Positions 9,121 to 17,989 of a DNA stretch of 64,000 bases are shown here, one piece after another (position 1 is the stretch's first letter; every line of letters begins with the position of its first letter). The DNA comes from a virus. The notes below the pieces were generated by a model. That model was not told the DNA's origin and ran no database searches. It saw only the letters and a program-made list of their open reading frames with translations. A program made the translations under genes and the position numbers. Where the stretch lies: the IMG/VR virus record IMGVR_UViG_3300048586_000548, positions 1 through 64,000 of that record, one strand, 5' to 3'.

Positions 9121-9888
9121 ATGACGACACCCCTCAACATGTACGAAGCCCCGAGGGTCACGGTGCTGTCCGTGCCCTCGTTTCTGGAGCCCGCCCACTT
9201 GCCGGTCGAGTGGGCGGAGGGCCCGGAACCGGTCAGCGCGCAGGAAAAGCTGATCGAATACGCCGGACGGCTGTGCTACATGAGTCAGCACAACCCGGCG
9301 AAGCGCACCACGCCAGAATACCTGGCGAACGTGATGGACCTCGGTCATGGCAGCGTGCTCGAGCACGGGCAGCTGGTGTTCCTGCTCGAAGGCGTGAGCC
9401 GCTCGTTGACCCACGAGCTGATCCGCCACCGGGTGGGCATTGCCATCAGCCAACTGAGCCAGCGGTACGTCGACGCCTCGGACACCGCGTTCGTGGTGCC
9501 GCCGATGGTGCTGGCATACCCGGACACGCGTCCGGCGTGGGAAGCGCAGTGCCGGGCGGCACTGGCGTGCTACCAAGCCTTGGTCGCCCGCTGGGAAGAC
9601 CCGCTGGTGATGCCCGAGCTGCTGCCCACGATGCGCCGCAAGCGTGCACGAGAAGCCGCGCGGTCGGTGCTGCCCAACTGCACGGAGACCAAGTTGGTCT
9701 GGAGCTGCAACCTGCGCGAGCTGCGGCATGTGCTGCGCCTGCGTGGTGATGCCTCGGCCGACTGGGAGATCCGTCGCTGGGCGCTGGCGTTGCACGCCGC
9801 GTCGCTGCCACACGCCCCGTCGGTGTTGGGAGACATCACCGCCGACCCGGATGAGGACACCCTCGCCTTCGGGCGGGAAGGAATCTGA
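9121..9888 (+). CDS. thyX: FAD-dependent thymidylate synthase
   Basis: AGRLCY, GHGSVLEH, SRSLTHELIRHR, SQLSQRY, AREAARSVLPN. Confidence 0.95.
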   Translation: MTTPLNMYEAPRVTVLSVPSFLEPAHLPVEWAEGPEPVSAQEKLIEYAGRLCYMSQHNPAKRTTPEYLANVMDLGHGSVLEHGQLVFLLEGVSRSLTHELIRHRVGIAISQLSQRYVDASDTAFVVPPMVLAYPDTRPAWEAQCRAALACYQALVARWEDPLVMPELLPTMRRKRAREAARSVLPNCTETKLVWSCNLRELRHVLRLRGDASADWEIRRWALALHAASLPHAPSVLGDITADPDEDTLAFGREGI

Positions 9889-9890
9889 GC

Positions 9891-10394
9891 ATGAGCTACG
9901 AAACGGACATCGAAACGCACCTCCTGCCCACGGGGGTGGAGGTCACGGTGAAGATCGAGCGCCGCTGGAGTGACGACGAGTGGGACACCGGGGAAGTGGT
10001 GGTCTGCTACCCGGACGGCACGGAGCATGTGTTCTACGCGCCGTCGTGGAGCCCGTACACCATGTCCGACGTGTTCGACGCGCTGACCCGGAAGGGCGCT
10101 GAGCCCGCCCGCCCGTCGTGGGCGCTGGAGCGGGTGTGTGCCGCGCAGGCCGCCCTCGTCCAGGCGGAACAGCGGCGGGCGGAGGCGCTGGCCACGTTGC
10201 AGGCGTACCCGCCCGTGCCCACGGGGGACGTGTCCGCGGAGTTCGCGCGGGGCTTGCAGTCCGTCGCCTGGGGCTATGTCATGGCGTGCTCGACTGTGGG
10301 TCGGCACGAGGCCGACCTGCAGGCGCGGCGCCGGGAGTACTTCGCGGCCGGTGGGTCGGAAGTCGAACTGCTGTTGACGCCGGGAGGTGCGTGA
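9891..10394 (+). CDS. hypothetical protein
   Basis: Tightly packed ORF in the operon. Confidence 0.7.
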   Translation: MSYETDIETHLLPTGVEVTVKIERRWSDDEWDTGEVVVCYPDGTEHVFYAPSWSPYTMSDVFDALTRKGAEPARPSWALERVCAAQAALVQAEQRRAEALATLQAYPPVPTGDVSAEFARGLQSVAWGYVMACSTVGRHEADLQARRREYFAAGGSEVELLLTPGGA

Positions 10395-10876
10395 TGGCCC
10401 ACAGCCACTACCACGCCGTGTCCAGTGCGCGTCGCTACGGCGGCGTGGCCGAGGATTACCTGCCGCTGCACAACTTCTTGGACTCAAGCAAGGCAAGCTG
10501 GGCGGACCAGCGACACCGGGCGGTGCTGCACCACGCCTTCGGCGTGTTCGTCGCCGAGCAGGTGATTGGGCAACAGGAAGAAGTCCGCCTGCTGCGGGCC
10601 GCGCTGGCGCGGGTGCCGCGCTGGGCCCAGCGCCTGCTGGGCCTGCGGATCCCCGCCACCACGCCCGTGACCCTGGAGGTCACCGGCGGTAAGCAGGTGC
10701 CCATTCGCCTGGTCGCGGAGCAGCACATCATCGAAGACTGTGGGTTTGTGCCCTCGGTCGAAGACTATCTGCAGGCGGTGCCGCGCGAGAAGTGGATCAC
10801 CCGTGGCGCGATGCGCTTGAGCGCGGTGCTCGCCGATCCGGACGCCGCCCCGCCTGCGCTGGCGCCCCATGGCTAA
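10394..10876 (+). CDS. DUF6915-like protein
   Basis: MAHSHYHAVSSARRYGG..EDYLPLHNFLDSSK, HRAVLHHAFG, AEQHIIEDCG (family recalled, not searched). Confidence 0.7.
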   Translation: MAHSHYHAVSSARRYGGVAEDYLPLHNFLDSSKASWADQRHRAVLHHAFGVFVAEQVIGQQEEVRLLRAALARVPRWAQRLLGLRIPATTPVTLEVTGGKQVPIRLVAEQHIIEDCGFVPSVEDYLQAVPREKWITRGAMRLSAVLADPDAAPPALAPHG

Positions 10877-11057
10877 GCGTACCTACGCGACCCCCGTCGA
10901 AGCCGAGCAGTACCGCGCGCGAGCGCGGGACCTGGTTGGCTCCGCGGACGGCGTGCTCGTGAGCCGCGTCGGACGGGTCGCGTTGTCAACCCGCGCGTGC
11001 GACGACACCGTCGAAGGCGCCTGGGTACCTGCGTTTGTGTTCGTGGAGGCGGAATGA
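10869..11057 (+). CDS. small hypothetical protein
   Basis: Overlaps both neighbours; GAWVPAFVFV C-terminus. Confidence 0.65.
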   Translation: MAKRTYATPVEAEQYRARARDLVGSADGVLVSRVGRVALSTRACDDTVEGAWVPAFVFVEAE

Positions 11058-11527
11058 CCTTCGACCCGACAGCGCTGCGTGAATGTATCGCCGACGCCCA
11101 AGCCGCCATGCCTTTTCCGGTGCGCCGGATGGCAGTGTGCTGGGACCGAGATCACCTCTCCCCCAACATCATCGAGTACGAGTTCTTTCCGGAAGGCTTC
11201 GGTCCGTATGGGACGTGTGCGCCCAGCGCGTTGAGTCCGGATGACGTGCGCGCATACTTCGACGACCTGTACGATTACGACGAAGACATCCCCAACTGGG
11301 ACGCCCAGTACGAGCTGGCCTGCCATGTCGCGGATGCCCTCACCCCGGCGGACACACCCGCGTACTGGATGGCCCGCGTTGTGATCGACCTCGAGACCGG
11401 GGAGTATGTCCTGTGCGCTGGGGTGTACGGTGCCGCACCCGGCGATCGGGTCACCGGCGTCTATGCGCCGCGGCCGCTGACGTTCCTGGAAGCCCTGCAC
11501 GCCACGCTGGGCCCGGCGCATGAGTAA
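11054..11527 (+). CDS. DLxTG array protein 1, C-terminal helix tag
   Basis: ATGA overlap; VIDLETG; ends PLTFLEALHATLGPAHE. Confidence 0.75.
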   Translation: MTFDPTALRECIADAQAAMPFPVRRMAVCWDRDHLSPNIIEYEFFPEGFGPYGTCAPSALSPDDVRAYFDDLYDYDEDIPNWDAQYELACHVADALTPADTPAYWMARVVIDLETGEYVLCAGVYGAAPGDRVTGVYAPRPLTFLEALHATLGPAHE

Positions 11528-11978
11528 CGTTGACCTCCGGGCACAGATTGCCGCCGTCCAACAGCTGCTGCAGCCGCACGCCGATACGCTGGTGGCGGAG
11601 TGCAGTTGGTACTCGGGAGACGCCGACCCCTGCGTGCACGAGTACGAAGTGCACGTGGCGGCCGACTGCCCCGCAGCCCGCCACCTGCAGGACTTGTCGA
11701 TGGAAGACGTGCGCTCAGCCGTGTGGGCGTACTTCGCCGGGATGGACCTCAGCGACACCGGCGAAGCGCTGCAAGACCTGACCTACGATATCGCCGCGGC
11801 CGTGCTGGCGGAGACGATCGCTCCCGGGCAGGAGGCCACGTTCGCGTTCGACCTTCGGACGGGCGCGTATAACGTCTGGGCCCGCCCCTTCGGGGGCGAA
11901 GCGTGGGAGCAAGTCGTCGGGGAACTGTTCAACCCACCCACGAATCTGCTGGACGCGCTCCGGCTGACCCTCAACTAA
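11520..11978 (+). CDS. DLxTG array protein 2, C-terminal helix tag
   Basis: FDLRTG; ends PTNLLDALRLTLN. Confidence 0.75.
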   Translation: MSNVDLRAQIAAVQQLLQPHADTLVAECSWYSGDADPCVHEYEVHVAADCPAARHLQDLSMEDVRSAVWAYFAGMDLSDTGEALQDLTYDIAAAVLAETIAPGQEATFAFDLRTGAYNVWARPFGGEAWEQVVGELFNPPTNLLDALRLTLN

Positions 11979-11991
11979 CAAAGGCACTCCC

Positions 11992-12483
11992 ATGGACCCG
12001 ACACATCTGGCCGCCATACGCCTCCTGCGTGACGCAGGCGCGGTCGCGCTGACCTGGGAATTTGAAGGTCGTAACGGCGCCGGGGTCGCCGTCGACCTCG
12101 GCGCGCTGGTCGAGGACGACTTGCCGGAGGCCCTGACCCCCGGCAGCAGCGCGCTCGGTTCCCACTTCGACTCGGCCGAAGAGTGCGTCAACGCCAGCTA
12201 CTCGCTGCAGCACCTGCCGGGCGGACCGGCGGTGCCGTCCCCCGAAGTTGTCGCTGCGTTGTGCTGCTGGCTGCTGTCGACCTACTGGCCGATCGATCCG
12301 TACGGCATGGATTGGCGTACCGGCCACGGCTCGTCAGGCTCGGCTGTGCTCGACCTGCGCACCGGCGCGCTGATTGTCGACGGCGTCCGGTGTGTGCCGA
12401 CGTTCCACCAGAACTACCGCGCGGCCGCGGTGCCGCTCGGCCCGACGACCTTGACGGACACCATTACCGGACTGTTGACATGA
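11992..12483 (+). CDS. DLxTG array protein 3 (divergent DUF6878-like), C-terminal helix tag
   Basis: AGAVALTWEFEG, LDLRTGALIVDG; ends PTTLTDTITGLLT. Confidence 0.75.
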   Translation: MDPTHLAAIRLLRDAGAVALTWEFEGRNGAGVAVDLGALVEDDLPEALTPGSSALGSHFDSAEECVNASYSLQHLPGGPAVPSPEVVAALCCWLLSTYWPIDPYGMDWRTGHGSSGSAVLDLRTGALIVDGVRCVPTFHQNYRAAAVPLGPTTLTDTITGLLT

Positions 12484-13019
12484 CCAATCACGTACCGTTC
12501 GGCACACCCGGGTGGCTCGCCGAGTTCCACCAGAAGCAAGCGGAAGCCGCAGCACAACAGGCCGCCGCCTTTGCCGAAGAGCAGACCGCACTGCTTGCCG
12601 CGGGTGTGGTGGCGGTCGGCTGTGAATTCTCCGGCAGCGGCGACGATGGGGAAATCAATGACATCCGCGTGCTGATGGCCGAGGATGTACCGGCGCCGGT
12701 CGCGGCGTCCGTTGATCTGTCCGAGAGCGTTGCGGAGCTGGTCGATCGCGGCTGCGACCCGGCCGACGTGTCGGGAGCCCCCGACCCCCGGGACTTGATG
12801 TACTTCGCCTTGGACCGCTTCGACGGGGACTGGGTCAACAACGAGGGCGGCTACGGCCACGCGCTGCTGGATCTGCGCACCGGGGTGCTGATCATCGACG
12901 GGTACCAGTATGTGCAGCACACGGAAGCTGCCTGGACGGAGTGCAAGTTGCTCGCCCCTGGTGTCGCGACCCCCCGGAACTTGGAGCAGGTCCTGAAGCA
13001 GACGCTGGGGGACACGTGA
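12480..13019 (+). CDS. DUF6878-like protein, C-terminal helix tag
   Basis: EFSGSGDDGEI, DWVNNEGGYG, DLRTG; ends PRNLEQVLKQTLGDT. Confidence 0.75.
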   Translation: MTNHVPFGTPGWLAEFHQKQAEAAAQQAAAFAEEQTALLAAGVVAVGCEFSGSGDDGEINDIRVLMAEDVPAPVAASVDLSESVAELVDRGCDPADVSGAPDPRDLMYFALDRFDGDWVNNEGGYGHALLDLRTGVLIIDGYQYVQHTEAAWTECKLLAPGVATPRNLEQVLKQTLGDT

Positions 13020-13480
13020 GCACCAAGGAATTGGTGGCGCAGCTGCTGGACGCCGGAATTGTTGCGGTGGCGTGGGACTTTGACGGCGAGGACGGCGACG
13101 GTACGATCGACGGGGTGGGCGGGTGTAGCCCCGATGACCTGCCCCAGCCGCTCGTGCCGGGAGAACCGCACACCACCTCCGTGCGGGATCTGTACGACGG
13201 CACGGAAGGCTTGGGCAGCTTTCAGGCATCGCAGTACGGCAACGCGGTGCGTGCGCTGTGCGATGATCTGCTGGTGGCCCACTTCCCGGTGCTCTGGACC
13301 CACGGCGGCGGGACCTACGGGTACGGCGTGGTGGACTTGCGCACCGGGGCGGTCGTGATTGAGGGGCACCAGAGGCTGGTCACAGTCGTGCCCGTGACCG
13401 CGACCACGCACGCGTCCACGGTGCACGCCCCTCCAGCGGACTTGCTCGGAGCGGTGCACCAGGCCCTGGGGTCCCCATGA
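13016..13480 (+). CDS. DUF6878-like protein (divergent), C-terminal helix tag
   Basis: GTGA overlap; WDFDGEDGDGTI, DLRTG; ends PADLLGAVHQALGSP. Confidence 0.75.
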   Translation: MSTKELVAQLLDAGIVAVAWDFDGEDGDGTIDGVGGCSPDDLPQPLVPGEPHTTSVRDLYDGTEGLGSFQASQYGNAVRALCDDLLVAHFPVLWTHGGGTYGYGVVDLRTGAVVIEGHQRLVTVVPVTATTHASTVHAPPADLLGAVHQALGSP

Positions 13481-14325
13481 CCCTCGCGCATGGACTGTGG
13501 TACGGCACGCACGGCATGCTGGTGACCAACGCGGCGGGACGCGTGCTCCCCGCGTTGTCCACGTATGACGGCCCGGCGTACGCCACGGTCGTGGCCATCG
13601 ATACCACGGCGCTGCGCGCGTTGTACGCGGCGCATGGGCGCGCGTTCACGTTCGGCGGCGACGTCTTGACGGTAGACCTGATCCACGCCGACGGCTCGCG
13701 CACTCCAGCAGAGCCGGAATGCCTGCAGGACGTGGCCACGTTCCTGGCGCAAGCGGCCGCACTACCACCACCACCACCACCACCAAAGGGCACCCCGATG
13801 TACGATCCGCACACGTGGCTTGAGACATTCAAGCTGAAGGCCGCCGCGACCAAGGCGGCGAAGCAGGCCGAACTGCGCACCGTGCAGGACGCGCTGCTGG
13901 CGGTCGGCGTGGTCGCGGTCGGCTGTGAATTCTCAGGAGGCGGCGACGAGGGGTCGATTGACACCGTGAGCCTGCTCACGACGGAGCACCTGCCCGATCC
14001 GATCACGGACGACTGCGATCTGCCCGACAGCGCACAGACACTCGTGCAAGACGGCCTCGGCACCGACGAGGTGGCGGGCGGTCCGAGCGAGGATGCCGTG
14101 CGGGAGCTGTGCTACTTCGGACTGGAACGCTTCGACGGGGACTGGATCAACAACGAGGGCGGCTACGGCTTCGCGCTGATGGACTTGCGCACGGGGTTCT
14201 TGATCATCGACGGCACGCAACGCACGGAATGCAGCGCCTTTACCGCGTGTCAGCTGCTTGACCCGGTGGCCGCACCCCCGCTGACGTTGGAGCAGGTGCT
14301 CCGCCAGACGCTGGGGGAAACGTGA
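13477..14325 (+). CDS. two-part ORF: unknown domain, poly-Pro linker, then DUF6878-like domain (possible internal ATG 13798), C-terminal helix tag
   Basis: FSGGGDEGSI, DWINNEGGYG, DLRTG; ends PLTLEQVLRQTLGET. Confidence 0.75.
   Translation: MTLAHGLWYGTHGMLVTNAAGRVLPALSTYDGPAYATVVAIDTTALRALYAAHGRAFTFGGDVLTVDLIHADGSRTPAEPECLQDVATFLAQAAALPPPPPPPKGTPMYDPHTWLETFKLKAAATKAAKQAELRTVQDALLAVGVVAVGCEFSGGGDEGSIDTVSLLTTEHLPDPITDDCDLPDSAQTLVQDGLGTDEVAGGPSEDAVRELCYFGLERFDGDWINNEGGYGFALMDLRTGFLIIDGTQRTECSAFTACQLLDPVAAPPLTLEQVLRQTLGET
13765..13785 (+). repeat. (CCA)7 microsatellite encoding poly-Pro
   Basis: Read directly from the sequence. Confidence 0.95.
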
Positions 14326-14642
14326 GCTTGACCCGCGAGGACGTGCTGGCGCTCAGTGGACGGGTCGACGGGAGCCGCGTGCGGGTCACGGATCGATGGG
14401 GCGGCAGCACGGTCGGGTATATCGTGCACGCCACGTCAGCGTACTTCGGACTGCGCTTCTACCAGGACTGCTACGGGAGCGACCGCTCGATCTTCTACCA
14501 CGACGTGGTCCGCATCGAAGGCACGCGCAAGAACCGGCGCGGCTACCCGCTCTATTGGGCGAAGACCGCGGTGGTCCAAGACGGCGCGGCGCTGGATCTG
14601 ACCGGCACGCTGCAGAACCTGCTGGCTGGGGCGCAGTTGTGA
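14322..14642 (+). CDS. hypothetical protein, C-terminal helix tag
   Basis: GTGA overlap; ends LDLTGTLQNLLAGAQL. Confidence 0.7.
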   Translation: MSLTREDVLALSGRVDGSRVRVTDRWGGSTVGYIVHATSAYFGLRFYQDCYGSDRSIFYHDVVRIEGTRKNRRGYPLYWAKTAVVQDGAALDLTGTLQNLLAGAQL

Positions 14643-14712
14643 CCGCCCTGGCCGTGGCCACCTTGGGCCTGTGGCTTGCCTTGGTGGCACATCTGCGTAA
14701 CGAGCACCTGCT

Positions 14713-14737
14713 GTAAGGTCAGTGTCCGCTTGCCGAA
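14713..14737 (+). promoter_or_regulatory. GTAAGGT-N14-CGAA promoter-like motif
   Basis: Exact match upstream of the DUF3310-like gene. Confidence 0.65.
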
Positions 14738-14765
14738 CAGACGTACACCCTTACGAGGAGCGTAC

Positions 14766-14981
14766 GTGGCGGACACCCCGGACCTGGTCAATCAGCCTCC
14801 GCACTACAAGACGGGCGGCATCGAAGTCATCGACTTCATCGAAGCCAAGCAGCTGGACTTTCACTGCGGCAACGTAGTGAAATATGTGGCACGTGCCGCC
14901 CACAAGGGCGCCGAGCTGCAAGACCTCGAAAAAGCGCGATGGTACTTGAACCGCGCCATCGCCAAGCGGGGTGGCGCATGA
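14766..14981 (+). CDS. DUF3310-like phage protein
   Basis: DLVNQPPHYKTGGIEVIDFIE..GNVVKYVARA.HKG..QDLEKARWYL; GAGGAG SD. Confidence 0.85.
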   Translation: MADTPDLVNQPPHYKTGGIEVIDFIEAKQLDFHCGNVVKYVARAAHKGAELQDLEKARWYLNRAIAKRGGA

Positions 14982-15073
14982 TGGCCCATCTCGTGGTGTT
15001 CGGCGGCGTCGTGTTCGTGGTGAGCCTGCTCATCCGAATCGCGCGCGTGCTGGGCGCCAACAACCCTCGTTAA
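14978..15073 (+). CDS. tiny membrane peptide
   Basis: ATGA overlap; one hydrophobic helix; 31 aa. Confidence 0.45.
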   Translation: MMAHLVVFGGVVFVVSLLIRIARVLGANNPR

Positions 15074-15085
15074 AAGGAGCTTTGC

Positions 15086-15319
15086 ATGGGCGTCGTTGCC
15101 CTGACCAAGCACCCGCCCGGACTGGTGCGGGACATTTCGACCTGGTTTGATCGCGATCGGGGCGCCTTGATTGCCACGGCGCTGCTCGTGCGGGTGATCG
15201 CGGACATCGCCCTGCGTCCCGATTTCGCCGGGACCCCGCGCTTGGCGTTCCTGCTGTTCATCGCCGCCAGCGCGTACGTGCTGCTGCGGCCCTGGGGCCG
15301 CACGGTGCTCGATGACTAG
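15086..15319 (+). CDS. small two-TM membrane protein
   Basis: AAGGAG SD; two hydrophobic segments. Confidence 0.65.
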   Translation: MGVVALTKHPPGLVRDISTWFDRDRGALIATALLVRVIADIALRPDFAGTPRLAFLLFIAASAYVLLRPWGRTVLDD

Positions 15320-15944
15320 CTGGCTCGCCGACACCGCGGACTGCGATCGGCGCATTGCCCGCGGGCAGTGGGGCGAGGACCGACTGCGCAACAGCTGTCG
15401 CTGGCCGGTGGGCCCCTGGAACACGGCCAGCAACCTCGCCTACGTGGTGGCCGGGGCGGTGGTGTACTGGCAACGGCCGGGTGCCGCCGCCGCGGTGATG
15501 GCGCTGGCCCTGGTGGCGTTGGGGCTTGGCAGTGCCGCGTACCACGCGTGGAAAACGCTGTGGGCGAACCGCCTGGACCACATCGGGATGTACCTGGTGT
15601 TCGGGGCGTTGCCGATGTACGCCATGGCCCCCGACCACCCCGCCACGCCCTGGCTGATGGCCACGACCGGCATCGGGCTGGTGGTGCTCTTCATCTACGT
15701 CTCGCCGCAGGTGTCGATGGACATCCAGATGGCCCTGCTGTTCTGGTTCAGCGGGCTGCCTGCATTGCTGCTGGGCGACACCCTGCTGGCCGCCACGGGC
15801 ATCGGCTGCTTCGTCGTGAGCTACGCGGCGTGGCACCTGGATCGTCGCCCAACGCCCGCGCTGGGCCGTTACGGCCACGCAGTGTGGCATCTGGGGACCG
15901 CCGCAGGCATTCCCCTCTTATTCCTCGCACGGAAGGCACTATGA
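15312..15944 (+). CDS. CREST-superfamily (alkaline ceramidase-like) membrane hydrolase
   Basis: PWNTASNLAY, GSAAYH, D..GM, HAVWH motifs; ~7 hydrophobic segments. Confidence 0.7.
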   Translation: MTSWLADTADCDRRIARGQWGEDRLRNSCRWPVGPWNTASNLAYVVAGAVVYWQRPGAAAAVMALALVALGLGSAAYHAWKTLWANRLDHIGMYLVFGALPMYAMAPDHPATPWLMATTGIGLVVLFIYVSPQVSMDIQMALLFWFSGLPALLLGDTLLAATGIGCFVVSYAAWHLDRRPTPALGRYGHAVWHLGTAAGIPLLFLARKAL

Positions 15945-16072
15945 CTCCCGAGCTCGCTGCCCGCGTGGCGGCCATTGACGCGGAACTGGTGCGCCGGTCC
16001 CAAACCGGCGAAGGCGGACTCATACCGCTGGCTCGAGAGCGCGGGGCGCTACTGCGCGCGGAGGCCGCATGA
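15941..16072 (+). CDS. small hypothetical protein
   Basis: ATGA overlaps at both ends. Confidence 0.5.
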   Translation: MTPELAARVAAIDAELVRRSQTGEGGLIPLARERGALLRAEAA

Positions 16073-16308
16073 CCTGGAAACTGCTGGGACGCTCGCCCGA
16101 CGACAGTGAAGACGCGTACATGCACGTCGTGGCCCTGGAGAACGGGGCGCTGCTGTGCCTGAACGTGTACATCCCGGTGGAAGACCACGACGGCTGCGCT
16201 GCACTGGAAGTGCTGGTGCGGGATGCGGACGGCGGCACGGTGTTCGACCGCTACAGCGACGCCGTGCCGCGTACTGCGGCCTTGGCAATGGCGGGGTTGT
16301 CCACATGA
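16069..16308 (+). CDS. AxAMxG family protein 1
   Basis: Ends PRTAALAMAGLST. Confidence 0.7.
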   Translation: MTWKLLGRSPDDSEDAYMHVVALENGALLCLNVYIPVEDHDGCAALEVLVRDADGGTVFDRYSDAVPRTAALAMAGLST

Positions 16309-16538
16309 CCTGGTTACCACCCGTCATCGACGATGATGATCGTGTGTTCGAGCGCACCGTCAAGCTAGGGGGCGGGTACGAACTGCGGCTGGCGTTGTGC
16401 ATTCCGCATAACGAGTGTCCAGACTCTACGACGCTGAATACCTACCTGGTCGCCTCCGACGGCACGCTGGTCAACGACGCGCATTACGACTGTGTCTCAC
16501 GCGCTGTTGCGCTTGCTATGGCGGGGGTGCGCAAATGA
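16305..16538 (+). CDS. AxAMxG family protein 2
   Basis: ATGA overlap; ends SRAVALAMAGVRK. Confidence 0.7.
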   Translation: MTWLPPVIDDDDRVFERTVKLGGGYELRLALCIPHNECPDSTTLNTYLVASDGTLVNDAHYDCVSRAVALAMAGVRK

Positions 16539-16777
16539 CGGCGCTCGCCCCGCCGCGCGGGCCGGTGCCCCCGGCGCGGCTCCCTATCGCACGCTGGTGG
16601 GCCGAGCCCGACCCCGCGTACGTCAGCATTGAACCTGTCACGCGCTGGGAAGAAGTCAACCAGTGGGGCCACACCGTGGCCCTGCGGGTGAATCACCGCC
16701 TGAGCGCTGAGCTTACGCGCCGGTTCCCGGACGCCAGCTACCCGCCGGGATTCCCCGCCATTTCCCTGACCACCTGA
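16535..16777 (+). CDS. hypothetical protein
   Basis: ATGA overlap with the upstream gene. Confidence 0.55.
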   Translation: MTALAPPRGPVPPARLPIARWWAEPDPAYVSIEPVTRWEEVNQWGHTVALRVNHRLSAELTRRFPDASYPPGFPAISLTT

Positions 16778-16784
16778 GGTTGGC

Positions 16785-16970
16785 ATGCCGTGGTACACCG
16801 TGCGCTACCGCGAGGTGGCGGATTACAGCGTGGACGTTGAAGCCGCGTCCCCCGAGCAAGCCGCTGAGTCGGTCCGCTCGGACGATTTCCCGCAGGGGGT
16901 CACCGTGCTGGAGTCGCTCGACGAGCGCGTGATCTACGACGTGGAACCCTGCGACCCGGTGGCGGGCTAA
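16785..16970 (+). CDS. DpnD/PcfM-like small protein
   Basis: YTVRYREVADYSVDVEAASPEQA pattern. Confidence 0.65.
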   Translation: MPWYTVRYREVADYSVDVEAASPEQAAESVRSDDFPQGVTVLESLDERVIYDVEPCDPVAG

Positions 16971-17177
16971 ATGCGCACCGCGCGCGCCAAGCCCACGAAG
17001 CAGTTCGAGATACGCGTCACGGAGAGCCGTGAGTATTGGATCACGGTCGACGCGGTGGACAAGGGCGATGCACTACGGCAGGCGTGGGCGATGCAGGGGG
17101 CACTGGACCCCAACGACGCCAATGAGATCCACTTCCACAACGTCGAGTTGATACACGAAGAGGACGACGATGACTGA
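16971..17177 (+). CDS. DpnD/PcfM-like small protein
   Basis: FEIRVTESREYWITVDAVDKGDALRQA. Confidence 0.65.
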   Translation: MRTARAKPTKQFEIRVTESREYWITVDAVDKGDALRQAWAMQGALDPNDANEIHFHNVELIHEEDDDD

Positions 17178-17490
17178 CTTGCTGACAACCATGCACGCCA
17201 CCCTGGGCGGTGCCCCACCCCAGCAGGTGTGGTACCTCGAGGCGCGTTCGGACGAATTCGACGACTACGTCTGCGAACTACCCGACCACAACGAGCGGGG
17301 CGGCTACGTGCGGATCACCATCGAGTATGAGGACGGCACGGACGAGGCGCTGAATGCGAGCGTGGCGCTGGTGCTGAATTCCATCCACGGTGAGGAGATC
17401 GCGGAGTGCTACGGCACGCTGTCGCTGGAGCACGCGCTCGCGATGACGGGTGCTCCGGCGGTGCGGACGGTGTCCAATGGCCACACCTGA
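17170..17490 (+). CDS. AxAMxG family protein 3 with N-terminal helix tag
   Basis: Begins MTDLLTTMHATLGG; LEHALAMTGAP near the C-terminus. Confidence 0.75.
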   Translation: MTDLLTTMHATLGGAPPQQVWYLEARSDEFDDYVCELPDHNERGGYVRITIEYEDGTDEALNASVALVLNSIHGEEIAECYGTLSLEHALAMTGAPAVRTVSNGHT

Positions 17491-17989
17491 CCCGGAGCAG
17501 TATGTGCCGACGATGACACGCTTTGTCACCAAGGCGGACTGTTACAACGACGGCGGCAGCTGCCACGTCGCCGTCAAGAGTGCCCAGGGGCAGGTGACGA
17601 CCGTCGTGACCCACGACCCTGCGACCGACACCGAGCACGTCCGCGTGACACACGCGTTCTTTGACGGCACCACGCCGACGCGTGTGGTGTACGAGGGTCC
17701 GCTCGGTCCCACGCCCGTCACCTCCCGCTGGACCCTCGCGCTCGAGGACGGCATGGTCTTGGAATACAAGATCTGGATGGACGAGCAGGACACGCTCGGC
17801 GGTTGGCTCTCGGTGTGGCTGACCTACGCCGACGACGGCATGCTGGAGGAAGCGTCGATGGGCCTCACCCTTCAGAACGACGCCACCGGCAAGGTGCTCA
17901 CCGAGATGTCAACGAACCTGGGCCTGGACGCCGCTGTCGCCATGACCGGGGCGCCCGTGTACCGCGAGCCGACGTGGGTCACGCTGTGA
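17477..17989 (+). CDS. AxAMxG family protein 4 with an extra N-terminal domain
   Basis: LDAAVAMTGAP near the C-terminus. Confidence 0.7.
   Translation: MATPDPEQYVPTMTRFVTKADCYNDGGSCHVAVKSAQGQVTTVVTHDPATDTEHVRVTHAFFDGTTPTRVVYEGPLGPTPVTSRWTLALEDGMVLEYKIWMDEQDTLGGWLSVWLTYADDGMLEEASMGLTLQNDATGKVLTEMSTNLGLDAAVAMTGAPVYREPTWVTL

Noticed and set aside
11054-14325. Diversity-generating retroelement behind the paralog arrays
   Set aside because: No reverse transcriptase, and no near-identical template/variable repeat pair differing only at adenines was seen.
5423-14642. C-terminal tags as ubiquitin-like Gly termini for the ThiF enzyme
   Set aside because: Only one tagged protein ends in Gly, and the same motif also occurs at N-termini.
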